Part shown: in pieces, positions 17,258 to 25,617 of the stretch
How the letters are laid out: the number at the start of each line of letters is the position of its first letter
How positions within the stretch are numbered: the stretch's first letter is position 1
Source: a virus
Lineage: Duplodnaviria; Caudoviricetes
IMG/VR virus record: IMGVR_UViG_3300042863_000184
Location: 1 to 26,447 of that record
Direction: 5' to 3' (one strand)
DNA length: 26,447 nucleotides
Notes under the pieces: model-generated
What the model saw: only the letters and a program-made list of their open reading frames with translations
Databases searched by the model: none
Told to the model about the DNA's origin: nothing
Program-made: the position numbers and the translations under genes

Positions 17258-17622
17258 TATATTACAGCATTTCTAGCTACTACTTGATTAGGTTGAGGAA
17301 TAGAACTCACACCATATAAAGTTGTTTTGCTTTTCAAACTGTTTAGATAGTATGCAACCAATGCATTAGCGGTAGATAACCCATTAGAACCTTTAATTTC
17401 TTCTAACAATATCAATGGATTTTCACCAGTGATATTAGAAATTCTAAAAATGATTGTTGTAAAATTTTTAGCTACGTTTTCGCTTTTAGATAGCGAATAA
17501 AAATAACTATATATAATTTCATATTGATTAGCCTCTACAACTAAATCAAAATTATAAAATTGATCAAATACACGTACTGTGTTATCTAACTGACTTCTTG
17601 GTGCATCTATTGTTTGTGCCAT
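17257..17622 (-). CDS. Hypothetical protein, 121 aa
   Basis: GAGG RBS, late promoter upstream, TAATG coupling to the gp4-like gene. Confidence 0.8.
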   Translation of the reverse strand: MAQTIDAPRSQLDNTVRVFDQFYNFDLVVEANQYEIIYSYFYSLSKSENVAKNFTTIIFRISNITGENPLILLEEIKGSNGLSTANALVAYYLNSLKSKTTLYGVSSIPQPNQVVARNAVI

Positions 17623-17639
17623 AATATACCTCGTAAAAG

Positions 17640-17646
17640 TATTTAT
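17640..17646 (-). promoter_or_regulatory. Late promoter ATAAATA
   Basis: Contains the upstream gene's TAA stop; 17 nt before the ATG at 17622. Confidence 0.6.
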
Positions 17647-18833
17647 GTGACTTGTTTAGGTGTTGATCTAATATCGCTGTATGCCCCATTAATAGAGTTA
17701 GGAGCATTCCTAATTGCACTGGCTGCTTGAGTTGGGAAATTAAATGCAGTGTTGCGATTAGGTGTCCCCTGTAAAGCGTTAGTAGCTATACCCATTGCTT
17801 CTGACTTTGCAATTCTTAATATATTTTGAGGATTTTTAAAAGTATTAGCCGCGGTGCCAGCTTTCTGTACTGCTCCTACAATGTTGCCGTTTTCTAAGTC
17901 ATCTAATATGCCGCCAGCAGCATCAACAAGACCACCTTGACCTAATATAGTTGCATTTGAACCGGGACGAGCGATAGGACTTAGTACAGTATCATAATGA
18001 TCATTACTGCCAAAACCTTTAACAATATCATACGGCTTACGACCATCAACTGCACCTTCATAATATTTTACAGTTTCATAATTCAAAGTCATTTGATTTT
18101 CCATCACGCCACCACCTTCACTATAATTGTACGTGTCATGGCTAAAACTTTCAATGATAGGATTAATTAGTCTATACAAAGAAAAACTATGTTGGTTGAA
18201 ACCGTATATATTAATACCCTTAAAGAACGGTGCTTTGCTTATGCCTAAACTTGCGGCTGAGTTAGTTGCTGGACTATTACCAGTCTCACCTATGTATCCC
18301 CAGTCATCATTGCCAGTGATAGTAGGATCGTAAATATTTCTACGATTTAAATTATATCTAACTGCATTGTCGCCACCAAACCTAGCTGCAACACCGCTAA
18401 TAGTTGTATTGGTATTACTATCCACCTGTGTTGCATCTTTATAGTAGTATGTGTAATACGTATACCATAATTTTTTAATTAAATTTTGATTATCATCATG
18501 GAATACAACGTTAATAGGATCGTATTTGATTTTAGTTTGCACTACTCGTTTACGATTGTATTGGTTTAGTGTAGCTAAATCAAATGTATACTTAGGTAGT
18601 TGTATATTTTTAACGGCTAATCCAAAATTTTGATCTTGAGGCCAACCTTGTGTAGCACCGATGTAGTCTTTGTTAATATCAAAATAAACATGGAATAGAA
18701 ACTTAAACTTGGGTGAATACCCATAAGCATTTGTTCTAAATGTTTTACTTGCGTGTTGGTAATCACGCAAGTATTCATTAGTAAAGAACGATGTTGCGGC
18801 GTCAGTTAATAGGTTTTGAACGAACCCAGCCAT
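17643..18833 (-). CDS. Tail tube-fold protein (tube initiator / baseplate, gp48/gp54-like), 396 aa
   Basis: PKFKFLFHVYF, VKNIQLPKYTFD, NQYNRKR...IKYDPINVVFHDD, LINPIIESFSHDTYNYS parallel the adjacent tube protein (PKLQYRF, PQVQFD, VNLRDD, YNNLDY). Confidence 0.7.
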   Translation of the reverse strand: MAGFVQNLLTDAATSFFTNEYLRDYQHASKTFRTNAYGYSPKFKFLFHVYFDINKDYIGATQGWPQDQNFGLAVKNIQLPKYTFDLATLNQYNRKRVVQTKIKYDPINVVFHDDNQNLIKKLWYTYYTYYYKDATQVDSNTNTTISGVAARFGGDNAVRYNLNRRNIYDPTITGNDDWGYIGETGNSPATNSAASLGISKAPFFKGINIYGFNQHSFSLYRLINPIIESFSHDTYNYSEGGGVMENQMTLNYETVKYYEGAVDGRKPYDIVKGFGSNDHYDTVLSPIARPGSNATILGQGGLVDAAGGILDDLENGNIVGAVQKAGTAANTFKNPQNILRIAKSEAMGIATNALQGTPNRNTAFNFPTQAASAIRNAPNSINGAYSDIRSTPKQVT

Positions 18834-18845
18834 TAATTACTCTTA

Positions 18846-19472
18846 TTAACCGATACCAGTAACTGCTGTACCACCAAATGCACGACCTACATTTGTACCG
18901 ATACCCGAAGTCAATGGTGACTGAATTGCATTATCAAATCTCACGCTTAACTGAATTGTAGCTGGGTCACTTGTTTTGTAATCCAAGTTATTATAGTTGG
19001 CTGTTTTAATAAAGCATCCATACAATTCCCAGGTTTCTAATACAGAAGGTGTAAGTACACCGTTACCACCATCAAGAATTTCATAATTGATTTGAAACTT
19101 ATAATCTTGTGCAGTTGCGGCACTAGCTTGTTCAACAAAGTCCATTTGTTTCTGAATTTGTTGTCCAACCAATTTACTAACGTTGCCTTGAGCATCGTCA
19201 CGTAGATTAACTGTAGTTTCTTGCCATGCATGTTTACCTGCAAGATAAATTCTTGAGTTATATACATCTAAGGTTACTTCATCAAATTGAACTTGGGGAC
19301 GAGTAATATCCATTACTTGTTTCGTTAATTCTGTAGTGGAACCACCTACACCAAAGTTTAAGAACAATGCTCTAAAACGATATTGTAGTTTAGGCATCAA
19401 TAGACCTTGTGCGTTGGTAGCATTATCCGCTGCAACGGTCATATTGAACAATGATTGTGAGGCTGTTGCCAT
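18846..19472 (-). CDS. Tail tube protein (gp19-like)
   Basis: Directly after the sheath; YLAGKHAWQETTVNLRDD and WELYGCF...LDY...IQLSVRFD tube motifs; AGGAG RBS. Confidence 0.85.
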   Translation of the reverse strand: MATASQSLFNMTVAADNATNAQGLLMPKLQYRFRALFLNFGVGGSTTELTKQVMDITRPQVQFDEVTLDVYNSRIYLAGKHAWQETTVNLRDDAQGNVSKLVGQQIQKQMDFVEQASAATAQDYKFQINYEILDGGNGVLTPSVLETWELYGCFIKTANYNNLDYKTSDPATIQLSVRFDNAIQSPLTSGIGTNVGRAFGGTAVTGIG

Positions 19473-19492
19473 ATTTTATTCTCCTATATCTT

Positions 19493-19499
19493 TATTTAT
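19493..19499 (-). promoter_or_regulatory. Late promoter ATAAATA for tail tube
   Basis: In the sheath-tube gap, upstream of the AGGAG RBS. Confidence 0.65.
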
Positions 19500-19504
19500 C
19501 TTTA

Positions 19505-19530
19505 ATTCACCCCTGTCTCCAAGGGTGAAT
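19505..19530 (-). other. RNA stem-loop with GAGA (GNRA) tetraloop after the sheath stop
   Basis: Minus strand ATTCACCCTTG-GAGA-CAGGGGTGAAT: 11-bp stem with one U-G pair; no U tract. Confidence 0.75.
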
Positions 19531-19534
19531 ATTC

Positions 19535-22500
19535 TTACTGAGCGTTTGCTAATTCACCTGTATTCAATACACGAACCGGAATGTAAATAAACTCAGCTGC
19601 CTTGACTGGTTCAATAGCAACGTCAATCCACAATTCATTTCTGTCAATACGAGCAGGTGTGTTGTTGCTCTCATCGCATACAACCAAATAATCATACAAA
19701 CCTCGTTTTGCAACTAGGTCGATGAACAATGATTGAACTACACCGCTTATTTCATTACGTGTTACTGCATCGTTAGGTTCAAATACGAACGGACGAGCCG
19801 CAATTTGCAATCTTTCACGAATATAGCAAACCAATCTTGCTACGTTAATACGATCCAGTGCTGATTGACTATCAAATGAGTTCTTATTACCGTAGTTCAA
19901 TAAGCCAACACCTGTAAAGTATGCTAATGGATTGATTTGATTTGTATATAATACATCACGAATACTCATACGATTCTTAACAGTCTGGAACTCACCAGTA
20001 GTAGCATTTAAGTAACCAATGTTTGTAGCATTGTCAATCGTGCCACGGCGTGTGCCTGCTGGAGCTAACCAAGGATAAGCAATAGTGTCATTACGTAAGA
20101 ATGTGCGTAACATCATATGACTTGCAGGAACGACAACTGCGGCGCCTGTTAAATCTGTAGTGATACCACTTGGATAGAATACACCCAAGTAACTATCACG
20201 TGTTACCCATCCTTCTTCGCCTGTGCTTGTTGCGCCGGCTGCATTGGTTGCCCAATTTGTTAGATCGGTCGCTTGATCAGGTAAGCGCAATGGAGTATCA
20301 CCAATAATATATGCAGTATTGTTACGGTCATTATTCAATGTAACCATGTCTGGTTGTAACTCTGGATATCCAGGAGCTGCGATAAGATTAAAGAATGTAT
20401 CTTCTTCTCTTATACTTTGATTTGTTCCAATAGCCGCTTTAATTGATTGAACAACTAAATTACGCTGTGCTTTACGGCCCATGTATGCTGCACCGTTAGA
20501 TTGCAAACCACTAACACTTACCCATGTATATGAGTATGTTGGTAGTACTGCAGGTGATGGATAGTTATTTGAGGTAAAGTAATTTGTTCTAAATTGTTTT
20601 ACGTTATAACCACTACGGCGAGTATTGAATAATAACATACCTTGTGGATATAGTGCTGGATCTGGTGCATCTAAATCTAAATAATCACTTTCAAGTAATG
20701 TTTCAATGCTTACTAGAGGATCATTCACTGGATCAACAGTTCCTACATTACCCCAACGAGCATCACTAAATAGTACACCGTTTTGACTGGTTTGATCGGA
20801 TGTGTCAATACTTACCCATTGATTTGTACCATCAACCTGTTCCCAACGATATAGTTTAGGATAATTTTCTAAATCACCGCTATCGATCCACAAATCACCG
20901 TATACAAGTGCAGTACCGTCGCTTTGACCTGTTAATGGATCTGGCTCAGTAGGACTAATAATAGGTCCAGCTGGATCTGTGGTGTTAGTCCCACCGGCTG
21001 CAGGATTACCTGAGCTATCATAATTTACATTTCTATAACCATACCAATCACCATCTTTGTTTACCATAATATCAACTTCAGATGCTGTACTGTAGTACCA
21101 ATTTGTACCGTTTGTTGGATTAGTTGCAGGAGCGCCTTCATTCGCAATATATGTAATTTGTTCCCATGCTGCCAATTGAACCACATAGTTTAATCTAGGT
21201 GTTCCGCTATAATATGCCCAATCAATAATAGCACCAAGACCGGTTACTGATTTTACAATAATAGATAAATCGTTTGTGCCATCTACGCCTCCGATATCAG
21301 ATCCCTTAAATGTCACAATTTCATCTACAATGTAGTCAACACCGGGAGTGACTTTGGTTATATCATAGTACCAACCTTTATCTTGATTTGCTGCTATGCT
21401 GAAAGTTGCACCGGTACCATCATCAGAACTGCTATCTTGTGATACAGATGGATTAGTATACCCTTCTACGTAAGAATATGATGTACCTGCATCACTTAAA
21501 CTAAATCCAATATCAGATAACATTCCATTACTTTGACCATCAACGTAGTCACTTAGAAAAATTATTCCACCCAATGTATGTTCTAATTGAATTGCACCAG
21601 AAGTAGTTAATGATGCGTTGGTATTAGGAATACCAGCAGATAACCAAGCAGTTACAAACTCAATTGCTGTGGTTGACCCTGATGGTATTGTATATACACC
21701 TGACCCTGTAACTTTTGCAATTAATTGGTTTAACGGATCGATTGTGGGGTTTGAAACTGATCCGGTAAATACTGAAGCTCCAATACTTGTTTTAGTCCAG
21801 TATTGTGTCGCAGAATATGGTGCTATATTAGATGATGTACCGTATGTAGCTACTACAGTTCCGACTGGAATATCACCTCCGCCAGCAGAACTCAAGTCTG
21901 TAACAGCAGTAAGTAATGATTGGTATTTATTAACTGTTTTACTTACCCATGTATCAGTAGATGCATTATATTGAGACATTAATTGATTCATTCCTGAACC
22001 TAACACACTAGTTTTAACCCAAACACTTCCAGTAGGATGCGGGAATATTTGACTTGCAGTCCATAATGGCATATTAGATGATGGTCCAAAAAACACATCA
22101 GGTGCAATATATTGTTTAGGTACAATACCCATGTCAGCTAATGGAGTGTTTGTACCTTCTGATAGTGTCAAATATGCATTCGGAGTAGGTTCACTATATG
22201 CTAAACTTAATTTATTATTAATCAGTCTAGCAGATAGATATGTTATATTCAATCCGTTAATACTAGCCGCAACATCTGTTACAGTATCACCTGAACCAAT
22301 TGTAATGGTCACTGTTAATAAACCGTTAATGTTAATAGTAAAAGTATCGCCGGTAGTTAATATAGGATTTGATACAGTTCCGGTTACTACCGGTACAGAT
22401 GCTTTCCAATCACTATCACCTAATTTAACCCAATCATTTTCTGCATTTTTATAGAAATAGGTAGAATTAGTATATTCACCACCTGTTATTTCAGTCGCTA

Positions 22501-23062
22501 TTACTGCATAACCACCCACATTACCTATCACTGATATTGGATAATCATCTGCAATATAAATTGAATCTGTAATTACTAATGGAGTTTGATTAACAAACTT
22601 GCCGGTTGAACTATTAAATTCATAAATTCCCCACGCTGAATTTGTTGTATCTAACCAATATGTACCATCAGTTGGATCACCTAAAGGACGACTTAATGAT
22701 CCAACTAAACTACCCAAATCAATATCTGCTCTTAAAACATAACAACGATTAGTAGCACCTAATAATGAATATGTTGCTAACAAGCCATATTCATTTAATT
22801 CGTAACCCTGAATTGGTGTACCGTTTGTAGTCTTGTAAAAGAACGGGGTACCAAACAAGTTAACCAAGTCACGTTGACTTGTTACTTGATATAATTTATT
22901 TGCATTTGCGGCTGTTGTTGCTGCCGCTACTCCTGTGCCTGCTGCATTAGCTTTGTTTTGCGCCGTTGCTAAGACTACAAGAGGAACTGAACTTGAGGCT
23001 GCTGGTAAATATTGACTCTGGTCAATGATTGTTACTTCTACGCCTGGTGATACTAGTGCCAT
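19535..23062 (-). CDS. Contractile tail sheath protein (gp18-like) with large internal insertion, 1175 aa
   Basis: MALVSPGVEVTIIDQS N-terminus; C-terminal PWLAPAGTRRG, LYTNQINP, SALDRINVARL, FVFEPND, VVCDESNNTPARIDRNEL, IEPVKAAEFIYI. Confidence 0.95.
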   Translation of the reverse strand: MALVSPGVEVTIIDQSQYLPAASSSVPLVVLATAQNKANAAGTGVAAATTAANANKLYQVTSQRDLVNLFGTPFFYKTTNGTPIQGYELNEYGLLATYSLLGATNRCYVLRADIDLGSLVGSLSRPLGDPTDGTYWLDTTNSAWGIYEFNSSTGKFVNQTPLVITDSIYIADDYPISVIGNVGGYAVIATEITGGEYTNSTYFYKNAENDWVKLGDSDWKASVPVVTGTVSNPILTTGDTFTININGLLTVTITIGSGDTVTDVAASINGLNITYLSARLINNKLSLAYSEPTPNAYLTLSEGTNTPLADMGIVPKQYIAPDVFFGPSSNMPLWTASQIFPHPTGSVWVKTSVLGSGMNQLMSQYNASTDTWVSKTVNKYQSLLTAVTDLSSAGGGDIPVGTVVATYGTSSNIAPYSATQYWTKTSIGASVFTGSVSNPTIDPLNQLIAKVTGSGVYTIPSGSTTAIEFVTAWLSAGIPNTNASLTTSGAIQLEHTLGGIIFLSDYVDGQSNGMLSDIGFSLSDAGTSYSYVEGYTNPSVSQDSSSDDGTGATFSIAANQDKGWYYDITKVTPGVDYIVDEIVTFKGSDIGGVDGTNDLSIIVKSVTGLGAIIDWAYYSGTPRLNYVVQLAAWEQITYIANEGAPATNPTNGTNWYYSTASEVDIMVNKDGDWYGYRNVNYDSSGNPAAGGTNTTDPAGPIISPTEPDPLTGQSDGTALVYGDLWIDSGDLENYPKLYRWEQVDGTNQWVSIDTSDQTSQNGVLFSDARWGNVGTVDPVNDPLVSIETLLESDYLDLDAPDPALYPQGMLLFNTRRSGYNVKQFRTNYFTSNNYPSPAVLPTYSYTWVSVSGLQSNGAAYMGRKAQRNLVVQSIKAAIGTNQSIREEDTFFNLIAAPGYPELQPDMVTLNNDRNNTAYIIGDTPLRLPDQATDLTNWATNAAGATSTGEEGWVTRDSYLGVFYPSGITTDLTGAAVVVPASHMMLRTFLRNDTIAYPWLAPAGTRRGTIDNATNIGYLNATTGEFQTVKNRMSIRDVLYTNQINPLAYFTGVGLLNYGNKNSFDSQSALDRINVARLVCYIRERLQIAARPFVFEPNDAVTRNEISGVVQSLFIDLVAKRGLYDYLVVCDESNNTPARIDRNELWIDVAIEPVKAAEFIYIPVRVLNTGELANAQ

Positions 23063-23114
23063 GTTAAATTTCCTTTATGTTATGATTATGAGGGTTAACG
23101 CCCTAACGTACTAA

Positions 23115-23121
23115 TATTTAG
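23115..23121 (-). promoter_or_regulatory. Late promoter variant CTAAATA for tail sheath
   Basis: Only minus-strand TAAATA core in the gap upstream of the sheath; inside the inverted repeat gtactaa-tat-ttagtac. Confidence 0.5.
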
Positions 23122-23171
23122 TACATATCATAAAAAAAGCACCAATAACCATACCTTTAAAGGTTTCTGGG

Positions 23172-23178
23172 TTAAATA
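23172..23178 (+). promoter_or_regulatory. Late promoter variant TTAAATA for the HNH gene
   Basis: TAAATA core ends 4 nt before the ATG at 23183; no RBS in between. Confidence 0.45.
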
Positions 23179-23182
23179 CTAT

Positions 23183-23530
23183 ATGATTAGACCCGTTTGC
23201 AAAGAATGCAATAAAAATCTATGTGCGGTAAATTATATACGCAAAGAAAAGACATACTATAGGAGTATGTGTGATGAGTGTGGCAGAAAGAAAAACAAGA
23301 AAAAGCCAAGAACACCAAGTTGGCAAAAAGCAGGGTATAAGAAAAAACCCGCGTGTGATGTTTGCGGGTTTAAGTTTTTGTATGTATCTCAGTCTACAGT
23401 TTACCATACAGACGGTAAACTTGAGAATAATCAATATACCAATCTACGAACTGTCTGCTTAAATTGTATAGAAGTTATAAAACGAAAAGAAGTCACTTGG
23501 CGTAAGGGTGACTTAGAGGTTGATTATTGA
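23183..23530 (+). CDS. Zn-finger / HNH endonuclease-like protein, 115 aa
   Basis: Four CxxC pairs; VYHTDGKLENNQYTNLRTVCLNC matches HNH H-x-D-G...N...NL..C..C. Confidence 0.75.
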   Translation: MIRPVCKECNKNLCAVNYIRKEKTYYRSMCDECGRKKNKKKPRTPSWQKAGYKKKPACDVCGFKFLYVSQSTVYHTDGKLENNQYTNLRTVCLNCIEVIKRKEVTWRKGDLEVDY

Positions 23531-24148
23531 TTCAACTTGAGTATGCAAATCATCTATTGAACCATTGTTGTTTAAGTAATAGTCATATGTTAAGCCGACA
23601 CTACTGTACTCGCTTGCATGTACTTTTTGTTTGTCTAGTTTAGTTTTACTCAATGACCACAATGAATTACCATTTGGACCACGATTAAATGCTATTGCGG
23701 CATCATACCATTTAGGTTTTTCACCCCGCTCAACTCTTATTGAAGTGCCGCCGGCATTTTTGATAGCATTCACTTCATTGGCAAAACGACAATCAGTAAT
23801 TACGATGTTGTCTTTAGTTTTACGTAATTGATTTTCTACACTTGCTACCCAGATATCATTGTGAAATCCATTGCGACAAACTTCTGTTCCCCATTGTTGC
23901 AATACCCATCTAGGGGTAAGTTCAGGTATATTTAATCGCTCACTCCACCACGGGTCTACTTGTTCTCTCCATTCCCTACTTGAGGTAGTAGTACCTTCGA
24001 GCATTTCGCGGTCCCAACCAAATACTGCGGAGCAAGCATCTTTTAACGTGCCTGCAAAACTAATTCTTTTATATCCGTGAAAGGTAGTGAGATAATTTGC
24101 TACTGTATCTTTTCCACTACCAATAAATCCTGTTACACCAATAATCAT
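23513..24148 (-). CDS. Deoxynucleoside monophosphate kinase (T4 gp1-like)
   Basis: IIGVTGFIGSGKDT P-loop, SFAGTLKD, TPRWVLQQWGTEVCR, VITDCRFANE, HASE, NNGSIDDL. Confidence 0.92.
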   Translation of the reverse strand: MIIGVTGFIGSGKDTVANYLTTFHGYKRISFAGTLKDACSAVFGWDREMLEGTTTSSREWREQVDPWWSERLNIPELTPRWVLQQWGTEVCRNGFHNDIWVASVENQLRKTKDNIVITDCRFANEVNAIKNAGGTSIRVERGEKPKWYDAAIAFNRGPNGNSLWSLSKTKLDKQKVHASEYSSVGLTYDYYLNNNGSIDDLHTQVESIINL

Positions 24149-24167
24149 TAATGATCTCCTATAGTGT

Positions 24168-24196
24168 ATTATATTACAGAATAGTGAAAAAGTAAA
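24168..24196 (-). promoter_or_regulatory. Sigma70-type (early) promoter TTTACT-N17-TATAAT
   Basis: -35 at 24196-24191, 17-nt spacer, perfect -10 at 24173-24168, followed by the AGGAGA RBS of the dNMP kinase. Confidence 0.75.
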
Positions 24197-24203
24197 TCCT
24201 CAT

Positions 24204-24965
24204 TTAACCAATTATAAATGATAATGGTTGACTATAATCTACAAATCTCTTTAAGTCTTCCAATAATTGGTCTTGCATTGCTTTACCTTCAGCTTTCAAG
24301 GTAGTACCGTTTAATGTAGTTCCGCCTCCTGGGCCAGCGATACTAGCAAATTTCTCACGTGCCTCACCTAAGATGCTCAAACATTGACTAAAGGTCCAGT
24401 CACCAATCCAAACACCACTACCCGGATCTTGCAACAACACTTGTTCAGGTTTTTGAATGTCAGCCCATATCAATACTTGTTCTCCACTAGCTTTAGGATC
24501 ACGAACAATACGCAATTCTTTTGTAACAGGATTGAAGGTGAATATAACAAAACCACCGAACATACGTGCGGCTAATTCAATATATTGAGCATAAAAGTCA
24601 TAAGTTGCCAAACCACCTGCTTGGTTGTAATTTAACAAATAGGTATTAAGAATAGCACTACTAAAAGGGTCAAAACTACTTGCACTTGGACCAGTCTCCA
24701 ATCCAATTGTTCTACGAAACAATTGTCTTACGTTAATGAATTCCGAAGGTAATGTATAAACATCTAAATTCTTTTCCATCTTTAACAAGGTGTAAGATTC
24801 TTGTGTTGAATTCTGAGCCCGTTGTCTATAAACTTTAACTGCGTATTGATATGCAGCCTCATAGTGTTCAGGATCTAATTCTACATCAACTATCCCGCCA
24901 CCAAGACGTAAATTTAAATTTCTAAATAGGTCTTCTTTTAATTCGTCTAGTGTAGTACCAGCCAT
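24204..24965 (-). CDS. Neck / head-tail adaptor protein (T4 gp13-like)
   Basis: LRLGGGIVDVELDPEHY near the N-terminus and LGEAREKFASIAGPGGGTTLNG near the C-terminus resemble gp13. Confidence 0.8.
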   Translation of the reverse strand: MAGTTLDELKEDLFRNLNLRLGGGIVDVELDPEHYEAAYQYAVKVYRQRAQNSTQESYTLLKMEKNLDVYTLPSEFINVRQLFRRTIGLETGPSASSFDPFSSAILNTYLLNYNQAGGLATYDFYAQYIELAARMFGGFVIFTFNPVTKELRIVRDPKASGEQVLIWADIQKPEQVLLQDPGSGVWIGDWTFSQCLSILGEAREKFASIAGPGGGTTLNGTTLKAEGKAMQDQLLEDLKRFVDYSQPLSFIIG

Positions 24966-24969
24966 ATAA

Positions 24970-24998
24970 TTCTCCAGATAGTGTATTTATCTGGAGAA
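24970..24998 (-). promoter_or_regulatory. Late promoter ATAAATA (24984-24990) within an 11-bp hairpin that sequesters the neck gene RBS
   Basis: TTCTCCAGATA-AATACAC-TATCTGGAGAA perfect inverted repeat; GGAG RBS in the 3' arm; ATG 4 nt after the stem. Confidence 0.8.
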
Positions 24999-25008
24999 CT
25001 GAACATAA

Positions 25009-25443
25009 TCAAATATCGTTAGATTTGCGATTTTCGCTGTTGAACACGTTAAACTCACCACCGGGATATCGTGCTTTTAATTTCTCTACGTTCTCAGCAA
25101 TCACATCATTAGGATCTAGGCGAAGTGCCCTGCAAGCATTGACCCAGTACCACATGATATCACCGAGTTCTCGTTTCATGTGGAATACATTATCAGCAGT
25201 TAGAGGTTTACCTTGAAAGAAAATCTTTTTAGGTATCTCAATAAACTCACCTGACTCTGCGGCTAGTCCTAAACATGCAGTTAGCAATAAAGGTACGTTG
25301 ATATCAGGTCCATGTTCTTGTGTTACATCATCAAAGTTACCGTCTAGTTCATCTAAACGATCCATAAAAGTTGTCAAATCATTGCTTGGTTGACTTGTCA
25401 CAGCTTTTACAAAATCACTATATTTGTTCAAATCTACATTCAT
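25009..25443 (-). CDS. MazG-like nucleoside triphosphate pyrophosphohydrolase (start revised to MNVDLNKY)
   Basis: LGLAAESGEFIEIPKK, KRELGDIMWY, NVEKLKARYP; GGAG at 25450-25453 and an ATGA overlap support the start at 25443. Confidence 0.9.
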   Translation of the reverse strand: MNVDLNKYSDFVKAVTSQPSNDLTTFMDRLDELDGNFDDVTQEHGPDINVPLLLTACLGLAAESGEFIEIPKKIFFQGKPLTADNVFHMKRELGDIMWYWVNACRALRLDPNDVIAENVEKLKARYPGGEFNVFNSENRKSNDI

Positions 25444-25616
25444 GGCATACTCCAAGCATCAAATGCAAGTACAAAGCCCACAAATAGTAGAATAAATCCA
25501 TTGCTAGTTTGTCCAAATGCAAATGCGTTCAATCCGCATAGCATGTTAACACCACCTAGTGTGTAACCTACTTTTTTACGATTCTCACCTAACCAAAATA
25601 CAAGTTTGTTTATCAT
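25440..25616 (-). CDS. Small membrane protein, 58 aa (MINKLVFWLGENRKKVGYTLGGVNMLCGLNAFAFGQTSNGFILLFVGFVLAFDAWSMP)
   Basis: Translated by hand; fills the gap exactly, with ATG 1 nt after the upstream TAA and TGA overlapping the MazG ATG; two hydrophobic segments. Confidence 0.75.
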   Translation of the reverse strand: MINKLVFWLGENRKKVGYTLGGVNMLCGLNAFAFGQTSNGFILLFVGFVLAFDAWSMP

Positions 25617-25617
25617 A

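Noticed and set aside
21618-22454. Plus-strand ORFs within the sheath gene
   Set aside because: Antisense shadow frames of a clearly functional minus-strand gene.
23080-23133. Branched structure as a tRNA
   Set aside because: Too short, only two inner arms, and no T-loop (TTCGA) or D-loop consensus.
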